A stretch of DNA of 64,000 nt from NCBI GenBank assembly GCA_965153355.1, contig OZ231126.1:49352001-49416000 (forward strand). The letters run 5' to 3'. Below are positions 1 to 10,921 of the stretch, in pieces. The notes below the pieces were generated by a model, which searched no databases, was not told the origin of the DNA, and was given only the letters and a program-made list of their open reading frames with translations. The stretch's first letter is position 1; every line of letters starts with the position of its first letter. Source of the stretch: Flaccisagitta enflata. Taxonomy: Eukaryota. A program made the position numbers and the translations under genes.

Positions 1-2
1 AA

Positions 3-104
3 TCATCGATTTATGAGACTGCAAATAACGATGAGGACAATGAAGACGATAAAATCGGGAGAAAGAATGCCGCCAACAGCCACGAGTTACCTGTCACTAT
101 GTAA
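3..104 (+). CDS. Possible 3' terminal coding fragment of an upstream gene (SSIYETANNDEDNEDDKIGRKNAANSHELPVTM*)
   Basis: Open frame from the window edge to TAA at 102-104, coding-like composition; no recognisable domain. Confidence 0.25.
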   Translation, partial: SSIYETANNDEDNEDDKIGRKNAANSHELPVTM

Positions 105-1017
105 ACTCAATTTTTTTTAATGAAGTAAGAAACAGGCCTTGACGCAAAATAGGTAAAATTCTTGGCCTTGATTTCACACAAAAACTTGTCAACATTTGTC
201 ATGTGTTACATCCATCTACCCTCGTTTTGTCTAATTGTCTGTCACTTGCCATCTCTTTAATTGTGGACACGCAACTCTATAAGAGGCTTATATCCATTGG
301 TCCGTTGGTCCGTTGTTCCATTGGTCCGTCAGTCCATTGGTTTGTGAGTATGAGTCAAAAAGTGGAAAAACGCGCGTTTTAAATTTTTTTGGGTGTGTCT
401 GTGTTAGAAAGGGTGTTGGGTGGGGTGTTGGGTGTGGATGGGGGTTGGATACCCCTGCCCACCCATCCGCAACAATAATGTGACCCCGCATCACTTGTTA
501 ATTTGCAGGTTGCACTTAATAATGTCAGTCTGTTTCTTTCATCTCTTTGTTTCTAAGTATCTATATCAGTATCTATACGTCATTTCTCCTTCCACATGGC
601 ATGGCTAGATCAATCTGACAAGAACTACCTATAAGAAAGAAACAATTGTCATGGTAAACCATACAGAAAGTCGTGCTCGGCAATAAGGCATCCCGCCTTG
701 AAGGCATAGAATGAGTCGGTCCCTTCAAATGCCTTCTAGTGAAGCTTAACTGTACCCGCCTATAAGATCCAATAGGGTACTAATGAACGATCATCTGTGA
801 TCTTTTTTTTTAGTTACGGACACGCAGCTCTATAAAGAGGCTTTGTCCGTCCCGTCCGTCAGCCCATCGAATCCCGTCCGTCCGTTGGTCAAATCGCGTC
901 GTGGTGATCGAGTTGGAAAGTGTGAAAAACGCGCATTTTCGCCCCTGCCCACCGTCTGCAACTGGTACTGGCCGTGTATCCGGCCTTGTTAAGACTTTTT
1001 AAGCGGTCTTTTAAATC

Positions 1018-1098
1018 AGGGTTAGGGGCGGGTTTAGGGTTAGGGTTAGGGTTGGGGATAGTTTTAGGGTTAGGGACAGGGTTAGTGCTAAGGGTTAG
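1018..1098 (+). repeat. Degenerate interstitial telomere-like (TTAGGG)n tract
   Basis: Several perfect and variant TTAGGG units (e.g. TTAGGGTTAGGGTTAGGGTT). Confidence 0.7.
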
Positions 1099-1494
1099 CT
1101 GAGTTTTATGTATTACGGCCCGAAGCTTTTCGATTAAAGCTTTGCTCTGGCGGAGGATTCGGAAAGAAAAACAAAATCGTGCAGAGAATCATTCATTTTG
1201 TCCTTTGATAGTTGTTTGTATACTGGCAATAAGGCAACTTCATTATAAGACATAATTTTACCCTGCTCCTAGTTATGCTTAACTGAACATAAATAAATGA
1301 AGAGACATTTACAACATTGTGTGTGTTTCTAACTTCATCCTTGATAGGCTGCCAGACCATGTGAGACAGCTTTCCAAAGCGCGTTTTTAACATTCTCAGT
1401 AAACGGTCCATCGTCAGTGATACTAATGGTAATTCTAGTATTGTGATTGTAATAAAGAAATTCTAGTTTAACACTGCCATCTGGGGTGCCGGAA

Positions 1495-1615
1495 ATTATA
1501 GCGCCTCCAAAATAGCAGCCTCTAAAATAGCAAGCTCGGAAATAGCATGGCCGATTATAGCACACCGAGATTATAGCAGCTCTATTATAGCACAACGAGA
1601 TTATAGCAGCCCTAT
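1495..1615. repeat. Short degenerate tandem repeat (ATTATAGCA/AAATAGCAGC motifs)
   Basis: Repeated AAATAGCAG / ATTATAGCA motifs; source of the spurious ORF 1335-1652. Confidence 0.55.
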
Positions 1616-2130
1616 TTTCACGAAAAAGAAGACAAGATAAAGCTGATATCATGCGAAGCTAAAGATATTACAGTAGTACTGATAATGATGTAAATGAAGA
1701 TGATGATGAAGAAATTATTGATCTTTATTCTTTAACGCGCTTTGGAATCAGCGCATTATGGCGCCACCCAAGTTCAGTCAACTACATATACATTATCAAT
1801 CATACTTCACCAAATGTCCTCGTTTACAAAAATAGATGAGGAGACATTTCCGACATTTGGACATTTAGAGTCAATCCAGCGATTCCCCGCTTTTGCCGCT
1901 TTGCCTTGCCTATAAATTGAATTAACCAAAACATCAATGAACCCCTATCATTCATTTCTACAAAAACTGCGCGCGAAATCCAAATCATTTCATTCAAATA
2001 AAGGCAAGCCAATTATTTAAAGATTCGGAAAAACACATTTTCATTTTTCTCTCAAAAAGTTTCAAAGAGAGCCGAAGATCAGAAGATAGGGTCTAAAATG
2101 GATGAGCGTTGGATTCCACACAAGCAAGAA

Positions 2131-2177
2131 ATGTTGATACTTGTAAAATTCCTCGTAACGTTGGTTGCGCTAAGCAG
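2131..2177 (+). CDS. VWA-TM receptor exon 1: signal peptide (MLILVKFLVTLVALS-R)
   Basis: ATG at 2131 (in-frame upstream ATG at 2098), hydrophobic core, donor AG|GTTTGT phase 2 that matches the phase-2 acceptor at 2555, giving ...VALSRVNA-TQ, a plausible cleavage site. Confidence 0.6.
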
Positions 2178-2554
2178 GTTTGTTTAGTATAAACAAGCTA
2201 GTTCAAGCCTGAAATCGCGTGTGGGTGGGTTAAGGCAGTCAAATTGGACATTGGGCTGGTAGGTGATGCAAAAACTACCACAAAAGCCCGAAATGGCGAA
2301 GTGTAACGGACCGACCGACAGATCGACAGACAGACGGATGAACGGAGTCACAGAAGAGAAATTTTATAAAACGAGATGAGTAACGTAAACCCATGTTTGA
2401 AAATTTTTTGGATATCTGTTTATTAAAATGAGACCGATCTATCCGGTTATCAGGGCCTCGTTTTGGAGCAACACCCTCCCTAAGTTGGTGCGGGTTTTTT
2501 TTTCAGATAGCGTTTTTTAGGATGGTAATTCACAGGGTAGACAATCATCATCAG

Positions 2555-2729
2555 GGTAAATGCAACGCAGACGGAGGGCAAAAATGGCGAGAAAAGTGAA
2601 GAATTGTGCTTACTGGAAGATATTCAGGTTCATTGTGTTTTTGCTGTAGACTCCAGCAAAAGCCTCACAGACAAACAATTCAATTTGGCCATGGAATTTG
2701 TCGCCAATGTCACCAAATTTATGGGAAAG
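2555..2729 (+). CDS. VWA-TM receptor exon 2: start of VWA domain with MIDAS DxSxS
   Basis: Translates VNATQTEGKNGEKSEELCLLEDIQVHCVFAVDSSKSLTDKQFNLAMEFVANVTKFMGK; acceptor CATCAG|, donor AAG|GTAAAT phase 0; 5' boundary is less certain than 3'. Confidence 0.8.
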
Positions 2730-2779
2730 GTAAATGACAGAATGTGAATGTGTGTATCCAATTCGTTAATTCGTATATC

Positions 2780-2832
<53 letters not shown>

Positions 2833-3699
2833 ATTGTTGTTGTTGTTGTTGTTGTTGTTATTTGTTGTTGTTGTTGTTGCTGTTGTTGTTGTTGTTGTCT
2901 TGTGTGTGTATGTTATGTATGTATTCAAGAGCCCTGGACTGGCTGAACCTATATTAACTCGAGACAACCTCCCCCCCCTCCCCATTCTCTCTCCCTCCCT
3001 TAAATTCCTCTACCATCTTGCTAAAATGTTTCTCCTCTTGTATCATAATTTTTTTTAAAAATTTCAATCATGTGAAAGCAACATGTGGCCTGCTACATCT
3101 GTTAGTCATTCTGTCAGTCTGTAGATTGGTCCGTAATACTTTGCATGGTGATTGGTCTATTAGTCTGTTAGTCTGTTAGTCTGTTAGTCTGTTGGTCTGT
3201 TGGTCTGTTAGTTGGTCTGTTAGTCATTCTGTCAGTCTGTAGATTGATCCGTAATACTTTGCATGGTGTTTATAGATGTTTTTTGCAAGGTTATCATTTT
3301 TTATCACTGCCCACAAGCATGCTACTTAGGGATCCCTGTATTGGGTTTTATGTTTTTTTTTAGTCGCCTGCATGCAACTCTGTAACCCGCTATGTCCGTT
3401 GGTCTGTCGGTAACACCTTGCTTTTTCAGCGTTTTTGACATTTTTTGCATTACCATTCATGCTCAAATGCTTGGTTAGCCTTTTTTATCACTGCCCCTGC
3501 CCTCCTGCACGCGACTTTGGTAGCCGTGTATACGGCTTTATTTTTTTTACATTATTCTTTAGGAGAAAAAAAAATGATAGAAAAAATTTGTTTAATCAAA
3601 TGACGCCATACTAATGTTTATACTAATGATGATATGAATCGTATGATATATTCCATGATATATTTTTCAAGCAAGATAGTACAACTTTGACATTTTCAG

Positions 3700-3923
3700 A
3701 TTCGCAGCAGCCGACCGGCAAAAATGGGAATTGTTCAGTTTGCGAATGAAGTGTTTATGATGGTGCCGCTAAAAACGTCCAATAATTGGCAAAAGCTGGC
3801 CTTTAATTTGACGCAAACTTATATTCATGGCCGAGTAAGAAATGCGAGCTTAATCGGTCAGACCAACACGGAAAAAGCATTGAGGCACATGAGGCAGCAC
3901 CTTCAAATGGAACGAGACAGAAC
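3700..3923 (+). CDS. VWA-TM receptor exon 3
   Basis: TTTTCAG| acceptor phase 0; IRSSRPAKMGIVQFANEV...IGQTNTEKALRHM matches the VWA 'GIVQF' and 'GxTNTxxAL' (MIDAS Thr) motifs; donor AC|GTGAGT phase 2. Confidence 0.88.
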
Positions 3924-4414
3924 GTGAGTGAGCATTTCATTTACTTCATTGTCTTTCATTTTATTGCTATGTTACCATGACCATGACTATATTCATTCTT
4001 TCTGAACAGTTTCTAGTTCCCTAGAAGGGGCATGTTGCTCAGGGTCTGCTCGATAACCCTAGAATAATCAATTCATATTTTCTTTTTTTCCCTTGTTTTT
4101 GGTCATGCATGCTACGCGACTCTTTTGGTCTATTTTCGTTCTGTCCGTCGAACTCTCCGTTGGTCCGTCCGTAAAGATTGATGCTGGGTGGTTGGTTGGT
4201 CAAGCGTGGTAAGTAGTAAGCAGGTGGTGACTTTCTGTCTACTGTGTTCCGTCAGTCTCATTTGTGGATTTAGCTCGAATTTTTCGTTGCTGCTCCTGCC
4301 CAATTGTCTGACTACCCGTGCCCACCTGCAAGCGACTAGGGTTGTCACGTATTCTGCCTTCTTTACAAATTCAAACTGACTAATTGAATACCAACCGATG
4401 ATCCTCGAAAAAAG

Positions 4415-4709
4415 GCTGGCAAATATGACGGGCATGACGGCGGAAGAGTCCGTTCGAATCGTGAGTTTGGGCTTCGTGCTGACCGACGGACAAACGAAGA
4501 ACAAAAACGCTTTGCTGGAGGAAGTGGAGCTTCTTCGTCGTGAGAACGTGACTGTCTACAGCATCGGCGTCGGACAGGAATGCACCGTCGACACAGATGA
4601 AGACCAACTCGATTTGTGCGTCAACGGAACGGAATTGGAAATCATCGCCGGATCAACAAATCGAACGCACTGAGTCGATCAATACGAGCAACTCAAGGAT
4701 ATCATGCAG
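4415..4709 (+). CDS. VWA-TM receptor exon 4 (contains in-frame TGA at 4671-4673)
   Basis: AAG| phase-2 acceptor preceded by a CTGACTAAT branch-like motif; GFVLTDG (MIDAS Asp), VTVYSIGVG, ELEIIAG, then TH*VDQYEQLKDIMQ continuing the VWA C-terminal helix; donor CAG|GTTGAT phase 0. Confidence 0.8.
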
Positions 4710-5160
4710 GTTGATCATGCAGGTTGATCAATACGAGCAACTCAAGGATATCATGCAGGTTGATCATGCAGGTTGATCAATATCAACAACTCAGGGATAT
4801 CATGCAGGTTGATCATGCAGGTTGATCATGCAGGTTGACCAATACAAACAACTCAGGGATATCATGCAGGTTGATCAGTGCAAACAACTCAGGGATAACA
4901 TGCAGGTTGATCAATACAAACAATTCAGGGATATCATGCAGATTGATCAGCATAAACAACTGAGGAATATAATGCAGGTTGATCAATATGAACAACTCAG
5001 AGATATTGTGCAGGTTGATCAATACGAACAACTCAGGGATACCATGCAGATTGATCAATATCATGCAGGCTTTGGTTGTTTGATGTGGGTTAATAAATGC
5101 GAACAACTCAGAGAATTGATGTAGGTTGATCAATATGAACAACTCAGAGACATCATGCAA
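4674..5160 (+). repeat. Tandem array of 36-bp (GTTGATCAATACGARCAACTCAGGGATATCATGCAG) and 13-bp (GTTGATCATGCAG) units derived from the exon-4 3' end
   Basis: First unit is the last 36 nt of exon 4; units diverge progressively rightwards; no unique spacers. Confidence 0.9.
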
Positions 5161-5518
5161 TAGTATTTAGGGATCGACTCAGAATGGATGTTTGCTAAGT
5201 TAGTTTTTTCTAAATAGAAAACTAGGGTGATGGGCATAGTAACTCGTCAGTGGGGGCTCACAAGGCCCCCTTCCATATTTCTCAGTTTAGGTATAGCAAG
5301 GGATATTGTTCTTGTACTTGTCATGAATAACTTTGGGATCCGAGATTCAGATTCATACAGTTAAAACCCGCTAAAACACAACAAAAATATTGGTCCCTTA
5401 TCATCCGCTACTGCGGGATTCAACTTAAAACCATGAAAAGACCCTCCAAAAACGGAAAAGAATGTAATGTGCCGACGGACCGACAACTCATTCGTCCGGT
5501 TCCTGGCTTTGTTATCAG

Positions 5519-5647
5519 GCGATTCTGGTCAAGGTTTGCGAGGATCTGAAATCGAATATGATGGTGATTATCGGGTTGGGGGCAGGCGCTCTGGCTGGCA
5601 TAATCATCATCTCCATCGTCGCCGTCGTCATCGTTTACGCAGTACAG
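5519..5647 (+). CDS. VWA-TM receptor exon 5: end of VWA plus transmembrane helix
   Basis: TTATCAG| phase 0; AILVKVCEDLKSNMMVIIGLGAGALAGIIIISIVAVVIVYAVQ; donor CAG|GTAATT phase 0. Confidence 0.88.
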
Positions 5648-5817
5648 GTAATTCATTACAAAACAAGGCCGGGTACAAAGCCACCCAAGTCGCGTGTGGG
5701 AGGGCAGGGGCGGTATGTGAGGTTATCAGAGAATTTGGGCAGGAGCCGTGTGTGGCCAAAGACCCCATATCGCCGAAAACGTAAAATTGGACGGACCGAC
5801 GGACGAACCAACATAAC

Positions 5818-6417
5818 GGCCTGTACTGAAATGACTAAAACAAAAAAAAATCGAAATTCTCCGAGCAGTTCATGTTGTAAAGCTGTCTTGGGCTTCTATT
5901 GTCATCATTTTCAGCCCCAAAGTTTACATCTTGGTTGCCGCGCCTTACCCCTTGAACTTCCATGGGCCAATAGAAAACCAAAAATTTCAAATTGCTCAAA
6001 TCAAAATTTCGACTGTAGATTCGAAATTTGCATGAAAAACTGTCTGTTAAAAGTGCTTTTCTTTTATCAAAATTTCTTCGGAATCATTGTCAAAATCCAC
6101 GCTAAAGATTTTTAAATAAGGTAAGTTTAATGATTTTATAAAGAAATTAAAAGGAAAGGTATGTTTCCTAACATTTGACAGCACTTTTGACCATCTTCTA
6201 ATTGGAATATCAAAAAAACGAAAACACTTTCAAAATCTGCAGTCAGAATTGGAATTTGAGAACTTCGAAATTTTGGATTTTGTATAGGGGTAGGGATTAT
6301 AGAAGGTGAGGCGTGGCCACCTAAAAGCCAATATTGATTTCAGCCTGAGACAGACCCACAACATGATCTGCTCGGAGAATGTTAGTTTTATTGCTTTCTG
6401 TCATTTAGGTACAAGCT
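5818..6417. mobile_element. Diverged long-TIR MITE (possibly PIF/Harbinger-type) inside a Helentron-like element
   Basis: GGCCTGTACTGAAATGAC..TTCTCCGAGCAG vs CTGCTCGGAGAA..GTCATTTAGGTACAAGC; the host element resumes at about 6420 (CACGCGACTA). Confidence 0.6.
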
Positions 6418-6947
6418 AAATTAACGAGCACGCGACTAGAAAAACAAAGACAAGTAGGCCAATAAGGTGCGACGTGTGGATCGTCGAACGAATGCGTTAC
6501 CGACAGACAGACCGACCGACAGACGGACAACCGTCCTACCGACCAACCGTCCGACCGACTTCAGCGAGAAAGTGAAAATGATGATACCAATCAAAATAAC
6601 CTATTAAGTGTAACAAACTGTCCATTTCTTTTGTTGCTCTTAATATTCAGCTTACCACTTGGATAACGCGTTTCCTATTGTCTGTGTCTGTGTCAGTCTC
6701 TGTCTCTCCCTTTCTATCTGTCTCTCTTCCCTCATTCTGTCTCTGTTTCAGTCTCCCTGTTTCTGGCGCTTTGTTTCTATCTTTTTGTCTTATCCTGTCT
6801 CTGTTTCTCACTTTCAAATGAGTCTTACTCGATCTCCTTTTCCTTTTTTTCCCTGCCGCTCTGCCTGCCATCCATTAAATACGTAGTCGCGGTCTCTGTG
6901 TCCTTGACAAAAGACACGATTGTGGTAACATAACAAATCATTCTCAG

Positions 6948-6971
6948 AATGTAATCCAGAAAACGGCTTTA
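6948..6971 (+). CDS. Candidate alternative short last exon (NVIQKRL*)
   Basis: Acceptor context ACAAATCATTCTCAG|AATGTAATCCAG closely resembles ACAAATCATTTCTCAG|GATGTGATCCGG of exon 6; phase 0. Confidence 0.35.
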
Positions 6972-7089
6972 ACAATGACAATAACCAAAACATTAACACT
7001 GACAAGTCACAACATTATCTTTTATAAACAAAACACCATCTTTTAGAATAACAAAACAAAATGCAACAACTACAACAACAACAACAACT

Positions 7090-7128
<39 letters not shown>

Positions 7129-7575
7129 GCACAGCTCAGCAATCGCAAAAAGCGTGCAGGTGGTCAGCGGTACCCGTGCCCTGCTTAGGTAGGTCATGAT
7201 TGTAGTTGAGGGTGGGAGCAGGGCGGCGGCTTTCACAAAGGGAATTTTCTCCTTCTTCTCCTCCTCCATCCTCCCTCCCCCAACCTCCAGGCCCATATCT
7301 CACCCCCAAGGCCAATATCCCAGCCTTGAGGCCCAAATCCCAGTCTTGAGACCCAAATCTCAACCTCAAGGCCCAAATGGGAACCTTTGAGCCGCAAAGA
7401 TGGGATTTTGGCCTTAAGCTGGGATTTGGGCCTTGATGTTGGGATTTAGGTTTCAAGGTTAGGGATTTGGGCCTCAAGGCTGGCATAGGTCACCGATCCC
7501 TTTGTGGCCGCTGCCCAAAAACAACAGCAACAACAACAAAAACAGAAACAACAACAACAGAAAAAACAAACAAAA

Positions 7576-7635
<60 letters not shown>

Positions 7636-7671
7636 CTGTAATCTATGTAAAAAAAACAAATCATTTCTCAG

Positions 7672-7788
7672 GATGTGATCCGGAACAAAATGATGGCAGC
7701 TCAGTTGGCCGCGGACGCCGAAGCTTTGAAAAAGCGGCAATCGGTAAAAATCAATCCTCTGTATTCGGAACTGCAGCCAAACAAGTGA
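7672..7788 (+). CDS. VWA-TM receptor exon 6: cytoplasmic tail with NPLY motif
   Basis: TTTCTCAG| phase 0; DVIRNKMMAAQLAADAEALKKRQSVKINPLYSELQPNK* ending TGA 7786-7788. Confidence 0.78.
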   Translation, partial: DVIRNKMMAAQLAADAEALKKRQSVKINPLYSELQPNK

Positions 7789-9829
7789 CAAAACCGCCTC
7801 ATGGAAGACGATGCAGGGTGCTTGTGGGGGCGGGGTGGTGTTGGTGGGGGTTAGTGGTGGTGGTGGAGGAGAAAGTGGTGGTGGTGGTAGTGTAGAGGAA
7901 AGTTTTGCTGGTGGCGGTGCAGGCGGAGAAAGTGGTGGTGGTGGTTCGGGTGGTGGAGGATGCGAGGAGCTAGTGGTGCGGGTGGTGGTAGTTGGGAAGA
8001 TAGATGAGGTGGTGGTGGTGGTGGTGGTGGAAGATGATGCGCGGAGCTGCTGGTAGGGGGGGTTGTGGTGGAGGAGAAAGATAATGTGGATGTGATACGA
8101 GGGGCTAGTGGTGGGGCGTGGGGGTGGTGGTGGCAGAGGTGATAGTGATGGTGATGGAGGAGACAAAGATGGTGGTGGGTGAGGAGAAGAACGAGAAGAT
8201 GGTTGTGGAGAAGGTGTAAGCGGTGGTGAGTGAGGAGAAAGAGATGGAGAAGATAGAGATGGAATAGTGCTGGTAATGTAGATTGTAGGAGTGAGAGATT
8301 GTGGTTGAGCTGGTTGGGAGAAAAGAGGAGGCAGTGGTGTTGATGGTTTAGAGATTGTACGCAAATGAGAAAGGTGGAAGTGGTTAAAGAGGAGCCAGTG
8401 GAGGCTGAAGATCAGTTAGTCATAAGGCAGAACAGCCAATTGTTTAATTCAACATTAACTAATTTTAAAAATATTGACCTCACCGAGATTGTCCAGCTTG
8501 ATCCAAAAAGATGCAATAACACTTATCATGTCCACTGATCCTGTTTCACTTTTAACTTATGTCATATTATTTTAAGAATTAATTCTCATTTGAATTTTTG
8601 TTCCCCTGAAAAAAGTTAATGCATATCATACATAGTAATCATCCCAGGAATCGAGTCTTTTAATCGAAATGGTTGGAGTAGGAGAAACGCAAGCCGCAGG
8701 TGATCATGGTGGCTGAATAAGATGACGAGGGGTTGGAAGTTGAAGAGGTGGTGGACGCTGAAGGGGAGCTTGAGGAGATGGTGGTGTTACCGGTGGTGGA
8801 AGAATGAGGTGGTGGTGAGGGGAAAAGGTGGTGGTGGGAGAACGGTAGGGGATGATGGTGGTGGTGGTGGTGGTGGTGGCGGTGGAAGGAGGAGATGGAG
8901 ATGAAGGCAGTCTACCGGCATGAGCCTCAAGAACCACCCTCTTCGTCCTCGAACGACATCTTCTGACCTATTGGCCTAGAAGAAAGAAACTTTTTCTTTT
9001 TCCTTTGCTTCCCTACCTGATCTTCGTCATTTTAGTTGCAGACTCTAAAACAGGCATCGAGCATATGTCCGTCCATCCATTGGTCTATCTATTGGCAATT
9101 CTTGAGTTGATTAGTTTGAAACCGAGCCTATCTGCCCCTGCCCACACCCTCATTTTCAAAGATACGGTAACCAGCGTTGCTTTTGTTTCCATTGAATAAA
9201 GATTCATTTTGCATGATAACATTCCCGTGTTGCTATTCAGGCTGGTCAACTTAGAAACCTTGTGTTATGAGCATGACTTGATGAGGCTTACAAAAAAACA
9301 AAGCTTCCACTGCGCACCCATGAATCATGATACTACCAAATATTTCTGACCCAACCTTACACAATAAAATATACTAGCCAAGCTTCTAATTCTTGTTGGT
9401 GGGAAGGAGCAGTTACGCAGTTCATTAAACAATGGCAGAGATAAAGAAAATGCTCGCAAATACCCAAAAACGGCCCAAAACGTCATAGTGGTATAGTGGT
9501 ACATCTAGTGACAGTGACACGTCTGAGCATGAAACAGGTGCAGAGTTCAGCAAGGCTCGAAACATGATTAAGCATTCTCTGTGGATTCTTTTTTGAACAA
9601 TTTACATAAGCTAAAATTCTTTTATTTGCTTAATTAAGGTTTCCGGGGACCCGATTACGACTACGACGACATCGGAGACCGGAAGAACATTACAGACGAA
9701 ATCTGTATAACGGCGGTGTTACGGCGTCGACATCGTGTCATCGGACACCTTTTAATCAAACTGCTTCTTTAAAATCTGGAGGACGCGAAGCAATGTGATA
9801 CTCCCTAGTCGGAAAAAAATGACAAAAAA

Positions 9830-10921
9830 ATGACGCTGATACGCGAGAATGACCGTGTTTTTGTAAGCGAAATGCTCTTCTACTTGAAAAATAGACTGGC
9901 AACGACGCCAAAGAATGTTATAATCGATATCTGCGTGAAATTCTACTCAGTCGAAGAAATCACTACGGAAAAAGAAAAGTTTGAAAATGCGCTGAACGTC
10001 CGTCTCTCTCGACGTCACGGCAATGACGACTACGGATCCAAAACGCTCGGAGATATTATCGACAAAATGATTGCGGTCGATAGTGCGGGGGAGACGTCTC
10101 CTGTTTTTGTTGCGCGCGATCTTACGCGTATTCCATTTACGCGTATTCCATTTGGCGCTCCCGGCGCCAACTCGCATGTTTCTCTTGACATGCTACTTGC
10201 GTCAATTCACGACATGAAGTGCACGATACGCAAAATGCAGACGGAAATGGTGACTAAAGATTCTCTGGAGTCATCAATCATGCGATATCATAGGAAAGAT
10301 GCTGGCGGCATACGACAAAATAACGCCAATACCGTCGACGTCGGCGTTGATGCAGCTGCTGCAGCCACGAGTGCGGAAGGTGATGGTGCTGCTGCTGCTG
10401 CGACTCCCGTCAGAGTGGATGCGGGAGTTGAAAGTGCTGCAGAGGCCATAGTTGCACTTGCATCGTCCTCAGAATCTGAGGATATTCAGTCATGGAATGG
10501 CGTGGTCCGTCAAAAAATAAAAACCGCCGCTCCTAATCCGTCAGGTGACAAAAATCCGCATCAATGTCAACGTCCCCCGGCGCGGAAATCCTCGACAGTC
10601 GTCATCGGAACAAGCGTAAGCGCCGGACGAATCTCGCTCAAGGGGGCAGATTTGACTGTCGCCAAATACATTGGTTACCTCGACAATACAACTCAGCCGG
10701 AGGATATTCGGGCTCTTCTTGATGAACATCAAGTGGAGACAATTTCGCTTGATCCGATTCCACAAAAGCACAATCGATTCAAAAGCTTCAAGCTGGTGGT
10801 CAAAAAAAGCCAGCTTTCAATCGTCGAGGACGGAAAAATTTGGCCTGAGGGGGTCTTAGTTGGTCGCTTCTGGTCACCAAAACCATCAAATCCGTCCTCC
10901 TCAGAGACTACAAATGGATGA
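9830..10921 (+). CDS. LINE ORF1 protein (363 aa)
   Basis: Intact ORF directly upstream of ORF2; N-terminal EMLFYL...KFYSVEEI block and C-terminal RRM-like FKSFKLVV...WPEGVLVGRFW block typical of LINE ORF1. Confidence 0.85.
   Translation: MTLIRENDRVFVSEMLFYLKNRLATTPKNVIIDICVKFYSVEEITTEKEKFENALNVRLSRRHGNDDYGSKTLGDIIDKMIAVDSAGETSPVFVARDLTRIPFTRIPFGAPGANSHVSLDMLLASIHDMKCTIRKMQTEMVTKDSLESSIMRYHRKDAGGIRQNNANTVDVGVDAAAAATSAEGDGAAAAATPVRVDAGVESAAEAIVALASSSESEDIQSWNGVVRQKIKTAAPNPSGDKNPHQCQRPPARKSSTVVIGTSVSAGRISLKGADLTVAKYIGYLDNTTQPEDIRALLDEHQVETISLDPIPQKHNRFKSFKLVVKKSQLSIVEDGKIWPEGVLVGRFWSPKPSNPSSSETTNG

Noticed and set aside
1018-1098. True chromosome end
   Set aside because: Short, degenerate and flanked by ordinary sequence on both sides
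4674-5160. 36-bp repeats as a CRISPR array
   Set aside because: Units are head-to-tail with no unique spacers, derive from a coding exon end, and no cas genes are present in this intron-containing DNA
7474-8937. Pro/His-rich - strand ORFs (296 aa, 77 aa), including a possible Naked cuticle His tail
   Set aside because: Degenerate (GGT)n low-complexity DNA; His-rich frame has upstream stops; no consistent splice chain
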